From an uncultured Pseudomonadota bacterium (GTDB lineage Bacteria > Pseudomonadota > Gammaproteobacteria > Comchoanobacterales > Comchoanobacteraceae): 64,000 nt of DNA. Positions within the stretch are counted from its first letter, which is position 1, and the number at the start of each line of letters is the position of its first letter. Below, piece after piece: positions 9,786 to 20,300 of the stretch. Both the position numbers and the translations under genes were made by a program. The stretch covers positions 6,225-70,224 of the forward strand of contig CAJVZW010000002.1 of the NCBI GenBank assembly GCA_913020085.1. Direction: 5' to 3'. The notes below the pieces were generated by a model. The model did no database searches. It was given only the letters and a program-made list of their open reading frames with translations, and was not told the DNA's origin.

Positions 9786-10582
9786 AATTTTGTTATTTGA
9801 TCAAGTGATTCATCACTTCTTAGCGTAAGTACTTCGTAACCTGATTCTGTGACCAGCAATGTATGTTCGTATTGCGCTGAATACGATCGATCCTTTGTCA
9901 CTGCTGTCCATCCATCGGCGAGCAGTCGCGTCTGATGCCCTCCCAGATTAATCATTGGTTCGATTGTAAAAGTCATGCCTGGTTGCAAAATATCATTCTC
10001 TGCTGATGGATCATCATAATGAAGTACCTGGAATCCACTTTCGTGAAAGTCTTTACCAATACCGTGGCCGCAGAAGTCACGAACACTGCTCATATGGTTT
10101 GCTTTTGCTATTTGTTCAATCTTTCTTCCAATCGACCTTAAGCTCACATTTGGCTTCACCATTGATATGCCGGCATACAAAGATTGCTGGGCGATCTCAC
10201 ATAATTTTTGGTGAATAGGTTTTACCTTGCCAATTAAAAACATGCGGCTGGTGTCACCATGATAACCATCTTTGATGACAGTTATATCGATATTTAAGAT
10301 GTCACCATCTTTTAATTTTTTATCTTTGGGAATGCCGTGACAAATCACATGATTGATCGATGTGCAAATGGTCTTAGGATACCCTCTGTAGCCAAGACAT
10401 GCGGGTATCGCGTTCTGAGTGTTAATAATATAATCATGACAGAGTTGGTCTAGATATTCAGTTGTAACCCCTTTTTTAACATAAGGTGTAATCATCTCCA
10501 GCACCTGGGCGGCGAGCTGTCCTGCTGTTCGCATTTTCTCAATTTCTGATGGTGATTTTATATACTTTAGCAGTTGATTCAT
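9782..10582 (-). CDS. map: type I methionine aminopeptidase
   Basis: 266 aa with metal-ligand context: DGDILNIDITV, FCGHGIG, TIEPM and YEHTLLVT. Confidence 0.93.
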   Translation of the reverse strand: MNQLLKYIKSPSEIEKMRTAGQLAAQVLEMITPYVKKGVTTEYLDQLCHDYIINTQNAIPACLGYRGYPKTICTSINHVICHGIPKDKKLKDGDILNIDITVIKDGYHGDTSRMFLIGKVKPIHQKLCEIAQQSLYAGISMVKPNVSLRSIGRKIEQIAKANHMSSVRDFCGHGIGKDFHESGFQVLHYDDPSAENDILQPGMTFTIEPMINLGGHQTRLLADGWTAVTKDRSYSAQYEHTLLVTESGYEVLTLRSDESLDQITKF

Positions 10583-10635
10583 ATGTCAATACTAGCATAG
10601 AATACATCATTGTCTAGTCAATAGGAGCTGATGTT

Positions 10636-11016
10636 GTGCCGGCTGGTTTCTTACAACGTTGTTATGCAATATTAATCGATTTAATCATATTTGGAATGAT
10701 TATAAGTTCTTTTTCACTCTATTTTCCATTGATTCAATATATGGGGGATAAAGTCCAATTGGCTTCAAATATATCTGCTATTTATCTCTATTTTATATTA
10801 CCGATCCAGCTTGTTAATCAAACAGCGGGAATGTTTATATTAAAACTTAAAGTGCTCAATCATAGTAATCTGCCCAATTGGTATTTTGGCATTAGATTTA
10901 ATGTGTACTGGATTCTGTTTGCCGTATTATTTCCATTGATGATATTTTCGAAAAACAGACAAAGCTTATTCGATAAATTTTCTTGCGCTACAGTTATTAG
11001 GCAGGAACAAAAGTAG
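10636..11016 (+). CDS. RDD-family membrane protein
   Basis: 126 aa with three TM segments. The N-terminal FLQRCYAILIDLIIF resembles the RDD-domain signature. It has a non-ATG start. Confidence 0.45.
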   Translation: MPAGFLQRCYAILIDLIIFGMIISSFSLYFPLIQYMGDKVQLASNISAIYLYFILPIQLVNQTAGMFILKLKVLNHSNLPNWYFGIRFNVYWILFAVLFPLMIFSKNRQSLFDKFSCATVIRQEQK

Positions 11017-11974
11017 ATGTCTTTTGATAATGCTTAAATAAAGCAATACATTGATTTAAACCCAACGCCTGTTTTGCATCACTCACCGAGTGCTCGGGAT
11101 CGGGATGAGCTTCGACCAACAACCCGTCAGCCCCAGCAACTTTTGATGCCATTGCAAGGGATGGAACCAAGTGACTGTCTCCGCATGCATGTGATGGATC
11201 GCAGATCACAGGCAGATTTGTAATCCGTTTTAAATAACCAAATGCCGTGATGTCCAGGGTGTTTCTCATAGAGGTTTCAAAGGTCCTGATCCCCCTTTCA
11301 CAAAGAATTACCCGCGGGTTACCCTCGCGGATTATATATTCAGCTGAATTTAGCCAATCTTGGTATGTGGCACAGCGTCCGCGCTTTAAAATGACGGGTT
11401 TATCTTGTTTTCCAAGCACTTTAAGTAACTCGGTATTCTCCATGTTTCGTGTTCCTACTTGAAAAACATCAACAACATCAGATAGCTGTTTCACCTGAGT
11501 CGGGCATGTGATTTCTGAGACAAATTCAAAGGGGGTCTTGGCTTTAACTTTTTGTATTAGCTCAATACCTTTAAAACCAAGGCCTTGAAATGAATGAGCA
11601 CTTGATCGGGGCTTGAATAACCCACCTCTAATCATAGGGAATCCATGCTTATGAAATTCAGAGACTGTTTTATGCATTTGCTCTTCTGTTTCAACGCAGC
11701 AAGGGCCACCGATAAGAAGCTCTTTCCCTACTATTGGAGATAACTGGATAAAATCAGTATCAGTGAGAGATGGCCAATCATCTTTTTTGACGTTTGAAAC
11801 GACACATCCAGATTGCTCAAGCTCCTTGGGAATATCGGTGGGAATAATTAACATGCTTGGGGCTGGGTGGTTGATAATAGGACGGCACAACTTACGGATG
11901 TCTGAAAGCCAGGATGAATAATGAGGGTGATTGGTGGATAGTGTTATTTGTTTAATCATACATGTCTCACTCAT
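10997..11974 (-). CDS. aroG: 3-deoxy-7-phosphoheptulonate (DAHP) synthase, type I-beta with an N-terminal extension
   Basis: GGPCCVETEEQ, IRGGLFKPRSSAHSFQGLG, FQVGTRNMEN, ILKRG, ILCERGIRTFE and CDPSH match the KdsA-like type I-beta DAHPS family. Confidence 0.85.
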   Translation of the reverse strand: MSETCMIKQITLSTNHPHYSSWLSDIRKLCRPIINHPAPSMLIIPTDIPKELEQSGCVVSNVKKDDWPSLTDTDFIQLSPIVGKELLIGGPCCVETEEQMHKTVSEFHKHGFPMIRGGLFKPRSSAHSFQGLGFKGIELIQKVKAKTPFEFVSEITCPTQVKQLSDVVDVFQVGTRNMENTELLKVLGKQDKPVILKRGRCATYQDWLNSAEYIIREGNPRVILCERGIRTFETSMRNTLDITAFGYLKRITNLPVICDPSHACGDSHLVPSLAMASKVAGADGLLVEAHPDPEHSVSDAKQALGLNQCIALFKHYQKTSTFVPA

Positions 11975-12164
11975 GATTCTATATATTACATTTAGGTCCT
12001 CTTAAAAACAAACTCTCATTTTTATTGTTGGAAAATGAATACCAGAAATAGTTAACTCAGATAGTGTTCTTTTTGACAAGAATTACTTTTCAGGGATTTT
12101 GAGTATATCAGATACGCTTACTGTGCTATAATTTCGATAAGAAAAAAATTTAGTAGAGGTACTT

Positions 12165-12752
12165 ATGGGCGAATTTTTTGGAATAGGGAACATCTTAATG
12201 ATTGTGCTGGTACTGGCCGTCATCTATATAATTTCAGTTTACAATACATTAGTGGCAATGCGTGAAGCAGTGAGAAATGATGCAAAGCAAATTGATGTAC
12301 AGCTTGATCGGCGTTATAAAATATTTGAATCGCTAATTAGCGCCGTAAAGAAAGTGATGGACTACGAGCAAACAACGCTGAAAGATGTTGTTGCTCTGCG
12401 TGGGCAGGCTCAAAAAGCACGTGAATCTGGGGATACAAAGTCTAGAATTGACGCGGAGAATAAGTTATCCGGGATTGCCTCAAACTTTAACCTGGTCGTA
12501 GAACAGTATCCAACACTAAAAGCAAGCGAGAATGTATTACAGCTTCAAGAGGAAATTTCCAATACTGAGAATAAGTTGGCATTTGCCAAACAAGCATATA
12601 ATGACGGCATTGAGCGTTTTAATACTTATAGAATTAGCTTTCCAACTAATATTGTTGCCTCCATTTTTGCTAGTTCTTTCCCAACTTTCGTCTACTGGCA
12701 ATTAAGTGAAGATGATGCAAAGTCAAAAGATGAATACACAGTGAAATTCTAA
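12165..12752 (+). CDS. lemA: LemA-family protein
   Basis: 195 aa with an N-terminal TM helix. YNTLVAMREAVRNDAKQIDVQLDRRY is a typical LemA segment. Confidence 0.8.
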   Translation: MGEFFGIGNILMIVLVLAVIYIISVYNTLVAMREAVRNDAKQIDVQLDRRYKIFESLISAVKKVMDYEQTTLKDVVALRGQAQKARESGDTKSRIDAENKLSGIASNFNLVVEQYPTLKASENVLQLQEEISNTENKLAFAKQAYNDGIERFNTYRISFPTNIVASIFASSFPTFVYWQLSEDDAKSKDEYTVKF

Positions 12753-13777
12753 TGAAAGTAGAGGGTAGCGCTGACTGGCGACGCCAGGTTAAGCTGAACA
12801 AACAGCGTTCTCTCATGGTTATTTTTGCTTTTTTTCTCCTTTATATATTTGTTGGTCTTGTTATTGAGTGGATATTTTTGCGCCCGCCTGGAATGTCCAC
12901 TTATGATTTTGTTTTTCAGGTCTTATATTCCCCTAGAGAAACTCTTTTTATCATGCCGATGATATTTCTTGCTTTTGCATCATATATTAGTGGTCGATTC
13001 TTTTCTAAAGCAATGATGTTAAATGGGATGAATTATTCCTTGGTTGGTCCTGATGCTAGCGATCATGCACATAAGCAGCTTTATAATATTGTTGAGGAAA
13101 TGAAAATTGCTGCCAGCCTCAATTATATGCCAAAGGTATATATTGCGAATGTTCCCATTCTTAATGCATTTGCAACAGGATGGAACGAAAAAAATGCAGC
13201 CATAGTGGTTACCCAGCCATTAATTGATATTTTAACCAGAGAAGAATTACAGGCCGTTGTGGCGCATGAGCTGATTCATATTCGCAATCACGATATTCGT
13301 TTGATTTCCAGTGTATTTGTGATGTCTAGTTTGATTTTATTTATTATTGACGTTTTATTTCGCTCGATGATTTATAGTAGCCCAAATTCCCGGCGTGAGA
13401 AAAATGCTCCTCTGATGATTTTGGCTGTATTGTTTATTCTTAGATTAGTATTACCGATCATTACAATGGCATTGTGCATGTTTCTCAGTCGTTCAAGAGA
13501 GCTAATGGCAGATGCTGGCGCGGTTCAAATTACTCGGCAAAATGAGCCACTGGCGAACGCACTATTAAAGATACATCAGCAGCATAAAAGCCATCCAGAG
13601 CTTCAAGAAACATACTCACAAACACCTAATGAAACGCTAAGGCGTTCATCATATTTATATGATCAGAGAGCGGCAGGGTTTAAGAATTATCTAGATCTTA
13701 GTCAATGGTTTTCATCTCACCCACCTATGAAGGATAGGTTGGCTGCAATGGGTGTGACTTATACTGAGAAGAGTTAA
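12752..13777 (+). CDS. M48-family (HtpX-like) zinc metallopeptidase
   Basis: An HExxH motif is present (VAHELIHIRNHD) along with multiple TM helices. It directly follows lemA, which is a common pairing. Confidence 0.75.
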   Translation: MKVEGSADWRRQVKLNKQRSLMVIFAFFLLYIFVGLVIEWIFLRPPGMSTYDFVFQVLYSPRETLFIMPMIFLAFASYISGRFFSKAMMLNGMNYSLVGPDASDHAHKQLYNIVEEMKIAASLNYMPKVYIANVPILNAFATGWNEKNAAIVVTQPLIDILTREELQAVVAHELIHIRNHDIRLISSVFVMSSLILFIIDVLFRSMIYSSPNSRREKNAPLMILAVLFILRLVLPIITMALCMFLSRSRELMADAGAVQITRQNEPLANALLKIHQQHKSHPELQETYSQTPNETLRRSSYLYDQRAAGFKNYLDLSQWFSSHPPMKDRLAAMGVTYTEKS

Positions 13778-14667
13778 GGCGCTAACAGTCGATTAATTAC
13801 TTCAAATAGATCGCCACAATAACCGATGTCAGCATATTCAAATATAGGGGCATCTGGGTCGGTATTAACAGCGATGATCGTTCCAGAGTCTTTCATGCCA
13901 GCAAGGTGCTGAACGGCTCCTGAAATTCCAAAAGCAATATAAACGTTTGGGGCTATAATTTTTCCTGTTTGGCCAACCTGGTGGTCATTGGCTATATAAC
14001 CTTGGTCAACTGCCGCTCGAGATGCACCCAGTCCAGCGCCATAGTGCTTGGCGAGCTGGTGAAGTAGTTTGAAATTCTCCTCAGATGCAAAGCCTCTCCC
14101 GCCGGATACTACAACGTTTGCTGACAGTAGATCAGGCAGATCTGAGTTCTCCTTGCTGAGTGACTGGTCAGATGACACGATATCAAGCGGGTCAAGGATA
14201 TGAGCATTTAAAGGTGATAGTTCATACTCTTGTTTGAAACAGCTTGGCCTTACGCTGAGCACATAGCGTTCTTGGGATGAGGTAATTGATTCAATAATAT
14301 TGCCGGCAAAAATAGCCCGTTTAAAATGGGGCGTATTTATTGCAATGACATCAGTCATTGGCATGATGTTAAGTTTCGCTGCTAAGAAAGGCATTAGCTC
14401 TTTACTAAATGTCCCGCTGAGGGTAATGAGATGGCCTTGCTCAAAATATGTATTGATTATTTGGTAGCATTGCTCCGTGCTTAGTTCTGATTTTTGGTCA
14501 ATTGGGTAGTGCCACAGTTTGTCAATTACTTTTGGCAAGGATGAGGGCGCCTTGGGACCGATTGCGACTGCCTCTATGTGATCTGAGATCTTTTGGGCGG
14601 CACGTGTCAGATATTGTATGTTTAGAGAATCTGCGTGGGGCGGGATGATCATAATGGCTTTTGTCAT
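13774..14667 (-). CDS. etfA: electron transfer flavoprotein subunit alpha
   Basis: The C-terminal FAD-binding region reads VVSGGRG...GASRAAVD.GY..ND.QVGQTGK.IAPNVYIAFGISGAVQH.AGM. Confidence 0.92.
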   Translation of the reverse strand: MTKAIMIIPPHADSLNIQYLTRAAQKISDHIEAVAIGPKAPSSLPKVIDKLWHYPIDQKSELSTEQCYQIINTYFEQGHLITLSGTFSKELMPFLAAKLNIMPMTDVIAINTPHFKRAIFAGNIIESITSSQERYVLSVRPSCFKQEYELSPLNAHILDPLDIVSSDQSLSKENSDLPDLLSANVVVSGGRGFASEENFKLLHQLAKHYGAGLGASRAAVDQGYIANDHQVGQTGKIIAPNVYIAFGISGAVQHLAGMKDSGTIIAVNTDPDAPIFEYADIGYCGDLFEVINRLLAP

Positions 14668-15407
14668 TTTAGTACCCCTTTTAAGATTTCAATCAGTTGA
14701 TCTAAATCCTCGACCATTTCTCCTTTTTGTCTTTTTTCTGGCAGTGAAAGGGCAGTTCTTTCAATTTCAGGGGTGTAATCAACTTCTAAAGAATTCAGAG
14801 ATATTTTTTCTATGGGTTTTGTTTTTGCCTGAATGATTTTTGGTAGCGGAATAAATCGTGGGGTATTTAACCTCAAATCAGAAGATAATATGCAGGGAAG
14901 ATTGATTGTTTGACTAATGATCCCTTCGTCAACTTCTCGTTTGATAAATATTGATTTATCTTTTATCTCAATTTCAGAGCAAAATAATCCCATATCCCAG
15001 CTCAGAAGTGCACTGAGCATTTGTGGGATATGATTGTGATCACCATCAATAGATTGTTTCCCCATCAGAATAATATCGTAGTGCTCTTTTGCAATGTAGG
15101 CGCTGAGTATTTTTGCCTTGTGCAGTGTATCAAGAGTGTTATCTGCTTCAATCAATACAGATCGGTGAGCACCCATTGCCATCGATTTTCTTAGGATATC
15201 GTGCTCGGTATCGCCTCCGATCGTTAATGCAGTTATCTCTACATCTGGATGTTTTTCAGCTATTCGAATGGCCTCTTCAAGTGCGATCTCACAAAACGGG
15301 TTGAAGCCCATTTTTACGCCATCCTCGACAACTGATTTGCCGTCTGACGCAATTTGTGCTTGCACGTTATAGTCGATGGTTTTTTTTACTGTAACAAGAA
15401 TTTTCAT
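14664..15407 (-). CDS. etfB: electron transfer flavoprotein subunit beta
   Basis: MKILVTVKKTIDYNV..., NPFCEIALEEA and ILMGKQSIDGD are typical EtfB segments. It overlaps the etfA start by 4 nt. Confidence 0.92.
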   Translation of the reverse strand: MKILVTVKKTIDYNVQAQIASDGKSVVEDGVKMGFNPFCEIALEEAIRIAEKHPDVEITALTIGGDTEHDILRKSMAMGAHRSVLIEADNTLDTLHKAKILSAYIAKEHYDIILMGKQSIDGDHNHIPQMLSALLSWDMGLFCSEIEIKDKSIFIKREVDEGIISQTINLPCILSSDLRLNTPRFIPLPKIIQAKTKPIEKISLNSLEVDYTPEIERTALSLPEKRQKGEMVEDLDQLIEILKGVLK

Positions 15408-15412
15408 GATAT

Positions 15413-15468
15413 CCCTCTTTAATATTATAGCAAAAATAGCCAGAAATTAGCTATATTATAAAGAGGGG
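15413..15468. repeat. imperfect inverted repeat in the etfB/ETF-QO divergent control region
   Basis: The left arm is CCCTCTTTAATATTATAGC (15413-15431). The right arm is GCTATATTATAAAGAGGGG (15450-15468), separated by an 18-nt spacer. The arms match about 17 of 19 positions with one gap. Each arm contains the Shine-Dalgarno sequence (AAAGAGGG) of the gene it faces. Confidence 0.6.
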
Positions 15469-15481
15469 AACAGGAATTATA

Positions 15482-17083
15482 ATGTCAGAAAAACAATCGA
15501 TTAATGTAGATGTTCTTATTGTTGGTGGAGGGCCTGCTGGTCTTGCCTGTGCTATCTCTCTTCAGCAAATCGCACAGAAGGAAAATAGAGCCCTGCAAGT
15601 CGCTGTACTTGAAAAGGCGGCATCATGCGGTGATCATATTGTATCCGGTGCGGTATTAAAGACCGATGCGCTGGATGAGCTCTTACCTGGTTGGCAACAG
15701 GATCTTGGGAATATTGTAACGCCCGTTGAGAAGGATCGTCTTTATTGGCTGACAAAAAAAAATGCATGGCCTTTGCCAGTGCCGCCGGGGCTGAATAACC
15801 AGGGCTGTGTTGTGACCAGTTTATCTAGAGTATGTCGTTGGCTCTCTCAGAAGGCAGAAGATCTGGGCGTCATGGTCCTTTCAGGATATGCTGGACAATC
15901 ATTATTAATGGAAAATGACAAAGTAGTTGGTGTTAAAACAGGAGATATGGGCCTTGATAAAGATGGGCACAAAAAGCCAAACTATCAGGAGGGGACCGAA
16001 ATCTATGCCCCTGTAACTGTGATGGCGGAGGGATGTCGTGGGAGTTTGTCAGAGCAGATTATAAAAAAATACCAGCTAAGACAGATGCCACAAAATTATG
16101 GGATGGGATTGAAAGAGGTGTGGCGTATAGATCCGAAGAAACATGACAAGGGGCTAGTAATTCACACATTGGGGTGGCCGCTTGATAGTAAAACTTACGG
16201 TGGTGTATTTTGCTACCATTGGTCTGAGGATTTATTTACATTTGGTCTTGTGGTAGGCCTTGATTATCAAAACCCATATCTTAACCCATACCAGGAGCTC
16301 CAGCGATTAAAACACCACCCTCTTTTTAAAGATACTCTAGAAGGGGCCACTCCTATAGCATATGCGGCCCGCGCATTAAATGAAGGTGGCTACCAGGCTT
16401 TGCCGAACTTGAATTTCCCAGGTGGGATATTTATCGGATGCAGTGCAGGCTTCTTGAATGTAGCACAGCTAAAGGGCACTCATTATGCAATGCGATCGGG
16501 GATGATAGCGGCTAGGCATATCATGGATGGTAATGTTGAACAATTTAATGAGAGCATTCGCAATGATGAGCGCGTCGGTAGGTCGCTTTATAGGGTGAGA
16601 AACCTTAGGCCTGCTTTTTATTATGGGCGTGTATTCGGTGTTATTTACTCAGGGATATCTGAGTACTTAATTGGCGGTCGTGAGCCTTGGACTTTTACAT
16701 TAAGAGAAGACCATAAACAATTACGGCCCGCGAAATACTACCAAGATATTGACTATCCCAAGCCGGATAATAAGATCAGCTACCCCCTACTAGCAATGCT
16801 GCAAAAAACAGGGACAAACCATGAAGAGGATCAGCCATGTCATCTGGTATTGAAGGATAAGACGATTTCTGAGCAGTTCAACCGACTTACTTATGCGTTT
16901 CCCGAGGGGCGATATTGTCCGGCTAATGTGTATGAGCTTGTCCAAGATGGAGATGAGTTCAAGTTACAGATTAACGCCGCTAATTGTATTCACTGTAAAA
17001 CATGCGATATCAAAGACTTCTCACAAAATATATCATGGCAGCCACCTCAAGGTGGGGAAGGACCTGGGTATCAAATTACATAA
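15482..17083 (+). CDS. etfD: electron-transfer flavoprotein:ubiquinone oxidoreductase
   Basis: 533 aa with a VLIVGGGPAGL FAD-binding motif. The C-terminal 4Fe-4S ferredoxin cysteines read YCPANVYE...CIHCKTCDIKD. Confidence 0.92.
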   Translation: MSEKQSINVDVLIVGGGPAGLACAISLQQIAQKENRALQVAVLEKAASCGDHIVSGAVLKTDALDELLPGWQQDLGNIVTPVEKDRLYWLTKKNAWPLPVPPGLNNQGCVVTSLSRVCRWLSQKAEDLGVMVLSGYAGQSLLMENDKVVGVKTGDMGLDKDGHKKPNYQEGTEIYAPVTVMAEGCRGSLSEQIIKKYQLRQMPQNYGMGLKEVWRIDPKKHDKGLVIHTLGWPLDSKTYGGVFCYHWSEDLFTFGLVVGLDYQNPYLNPYQELQRLKHHPLFKDTLEGATPIAYAARALNEGGYQALPNLNFPGGIFIGCSAGFLNVAQLKGTHYAMRSGMIAARHIMDGNVEQFNESIRNDERVGRSLYRVRNLRPAFYYGRVFGVIYSGISEYLIGGREPWTFTLREDHKQLRPAKYYQDIDYPKPDNKISYPLLAMLQKTGTNHEEDQPCHLVLKDKTISEQFNRLTYAFPEGRYCPANVYELVQDGDEFKLQINAANCIHCKTCDIKDFSQNISWQPPQGGEGPGYQIT

Positions 17084-17330
17084 GATCAAAAAACTGATTT
17101 TGTGCCAATGCATGATAAAGAATAATTGCCGCACTGTTGGATAAATTAAGTGAGCGCTAATTATTTGCAATTGGTATTCTAATACAATTTGATGGGTCTT
17201 TGCCTAAGATGTCATCAGGGATCCCTCTTGTTTCTGGGCCAAATACAACGTGCTTTTGCCAAGACATTTGAGGGTAATGGTGCTTCAAGTATTGTAATTG
17301 TGACCAGAAAATAGTAAAAATATCCCATTG
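17076..17330 (-). pseudogene. trmL: trmL (tRNA Cm34/Um34 2'-O-methyltransferase), 3' fragment with an in-frame stop
   Basis: My own translation gives ..IFTIFWSQLQYLKHHYPQMSWQKHVVFGPETRGIPDDILGKDPSNCIRIPIANN*RSLNLSNSAAIILYHALAQNQFFDLM*. This matches E. coli TrmL LMFGPETRGLP..IRIPM..RSMNLSNAVSVVVYEAWRQ. An in-frame TAG sits at 17157-17159, and there is no N-terminal half upstream. Confidence 0.8.
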
Positions 17331-17348
17331 CTATTGAGAGAGCCATTT

Positions 17349-20300
17349 ATGCGAAGAGGAGATTTGGAGAGTGATCAACTTCCCTCTAAGAAAACTTCCA
17401 GTGGAAGTAAAATTAAAAACAGCGGGCGGCACCTCATCTTCCGTAAAATTTTTTCTTCTGCGGCAGTTTCTTATGGATATGAAACTAGTCATGATAGGCG
17501 GAAGGCGATATTTCGCTACCTTTTATGTATGGGTAAAAGAAATGCGAACTTAACTTATAACGAGCGTGATGCATTGCATCATCCGGAGCCTTTTGTCCGT
17601 GAGTTTGAACAACATCGTTACTGGCGATTTGCTGTTGAAAATTCAGAGTTATACTACTCATTAAGAAAAAAAATCATAAATTATTTAATGAATTACGGCA
17701 TTATTGACAGGTCAATAGACTTCAACCAAGCGCTTTGGTCAGTCAAGGTTTTGGTGAAAGGTGGTGCAGATTACATCGCTGATGATCACTTTCCTGGAGC
17801 TAGGCAAATTAGGCTGAAGTGGTCTGAATTTGGAACAAATAGTGGTGATTTCAGGCAAGGCGAAAGGCTACTATATTGTCTTGAAGATGAAGGATCTAAT
17901 ACAGAAATCATCATCGCCGGGAGGTGGTCTTACGGGAAGTTTGATTTAGATTCAAAGACTTCTGAATTTGAAAGTGAGGGTAGTCGCCTACAAGTCTATT
18001 TATCTGACCGAGGATTATTGCCGGATTATATGAGATTAGTTGACCTTACCATTAATCTCTCATACAGGAAATTTTCTGTATCTAGACCCTTCAAGGACTG
18101 GCAGTTCTTGGACCGTTTTTTTAAAGATCTTAGTTCAGGCCAGGAGCACTTTCTTTGGAAGGATGATGACAAGTGCTGGGAGAATTTTGAGAGAAAAATG
18201 GAGAAGTCAGATCAAGCCTGGTTAAAACTTGATGATATTTTACAGAAGATAAAGCCAGAGCAGATTGGGGATTCAGCTGATTTATACCGGCAGTTGATTC
18301 TTCTAATGACTAATAAGTTTAAAATAAATGGCAAAAGAGATACTGTGATCTGGCATTTGATGGAAGTGGCAGTTAGGCCTTATATTCAGCTGGAGCTGCT
18401 CGATAAGCAGGACATGCGTGATATCTATGTTTCACTTGATTCATTAAAGGAACTGCTCAAGCAGCAGCAACCGCAGACAAGTGCAGGGCAGGATTTATTG
18501 ATTAGTCTTAACCAAAGATCTGATGATCCAAAATACCCATGGTTGCTGATTGAAAATTTTCTTTTAAATAGGCTAAATGCCAAGGACTTACTTCCAGACG
18601 AAGATGAATCTTTAGCGCAAGCGCTTCTTAAGTGTTTGCGTCAGATCAGAGAGCTTCTGCAAGAGCAGGTGTTCAGGCAATGGGTGGTGGCATATGAGCG
18701 CACCGCTGAGATCATGTTATTATACCTTGATTTGTATTCGAGTACTTATGAAGTAGAGTCTTGTTTGGGACGCATGAAAAAAGCAATGGCTCCTGCAGAA
18801 CTTAAGGTTGATACTTATTCATTTCCTTATGCGATGAATGCAATTTTCCACGTGGTGTCTCAAGTGGTGTCTGTTGTCCTAGAAGAGCAGTCGCGGCATA
18901 AACGTTTATATTGTCTGAGATCGGTTTATTTTGAGATGATCAACCAGATCAGAGCTGATCGAGTTAGGTTTAAAGAGGCCGATCGATTGCAGGATATTAA
19001 ACAGATCCCTGATATATTAATTGCAGACATGCATACGAATAACGCTCGGAGCGATTTTTTGCGCCCCAATGATGTGTGTACATGGCTATTAGAAAAGCTG
19101 GAAGCAGAAGATAGCGATCAGCCGGTGCACTTGATTTTAGATTTAACCTTGAATAACCCAAGTGAAAAACTGGTTCAGGAGTGGGTGAGGAGATTGTCTG
19201 CAAACCCCAGGGTGAATGTATATATTGTGATGAGCCTGACAAAGCTGATGCAGATGGGTGTTGACATCCTGTCGATGGGGGTATGTTTTGCCTTTGGGAA
19301 AGATGTGGTTTCATTAGAGACACGGCATTTGCCAAAGGAGCCACTGCGTAAGCAATTAATGTTTGATTTTCTTGCTACGCCAGCATGTGAAAGATTGCGC
19401 GAGCGCTTTTTCTCGAAAATTCATGAGAACGTCAATCATATGTACCGCAGCTTAAATGCGCGGTTACTGCCAAAGGAGAAAGGGGGGTTGGTTTCGGTTG
19501 GTTTTAGCCAAGATGATCGCTCTGTATATATATCATTGAAATTTGAAAAATTGAGCATGCTAGGTCGTTTGGGAACGAATGCCGAGAAAGTGGCGGAAGA
19601 GATTCTTAAGCAGCTTCAGGTATCCAGCCAAAAGCTAAAAATTTCACTGTCTGGGCGCAATAGTTTTGGTTTTTCATTTCCTGCAATTAATCAGGCAGTC
19701 GAGGCCTTGCGCGTCACAGGGGGCGTTGAGCCGAAGAAAGCTGTTGATCGGCTGGTAGAGTTTCTGGCAACATTCGCTAATTTGCTCTCAGTTGAGATGA
19801 ATCGAGAGGATTTAAATCCACATGTTTTTTTCACGAATTTTAACCATGCGGTTTCCGCTTTATCATATGACTGGCCCTTGGAATTATTTCGTCGAAAAGA
19901 AATAGAAGTGCATGATGAACTAACAGGGGAGCTAAAGAAAATCAATTCACAAGTTTCACTGACCGCGCAAGGAGTCAAGCTTAATGACAGGCGAGAGGTG
20001 TCATTGCAATCACAAGCATTGTTATACTGTGTTTATCAGGTATATGCTAGCCGCGTGCTACCGCTGGTAAATGATTGTGGTAGACTTATGTTTGCAGATT
20101 ATAGCCAGAATGACGTAGAGTTCTTATTTCATAGTTCTCGGAGTAAATATGTACAAACCCAGGGGCAACTGATTACCATAAAAGCTCACCCGATAAAATC
20201 AGGTCTAATTGACTGGGAGCTTGCAGGTGCCAAGTTATCTGACGTCCAAATTTATGTTAAATTGTTGGAGCCTGGAAGTGATTTTCTGCCCATTCGTTAT

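Noticed and set aside
17328-17348. A TTG start for the giant ORF, as drawn in the ORF track.
   Set aside because: The ATG at 17349 has a better-placed purine-rich Shine-Dalgarno sequence (GAGAGAG). The TTG at 17328 overlaps the end of the trmL remnant, so I prefer the ATG. The choice remains unverified.
18997-19344. A 115-aa minus-strand ORF, plus other short ORFs (17371, 18040, 19691, 20947), inside the giant ORF.
   Set aside because: All are nested in or antisense to a single 4.3-kb uninterrupted frame, so the long ORF is the parsimonious coding assignment.
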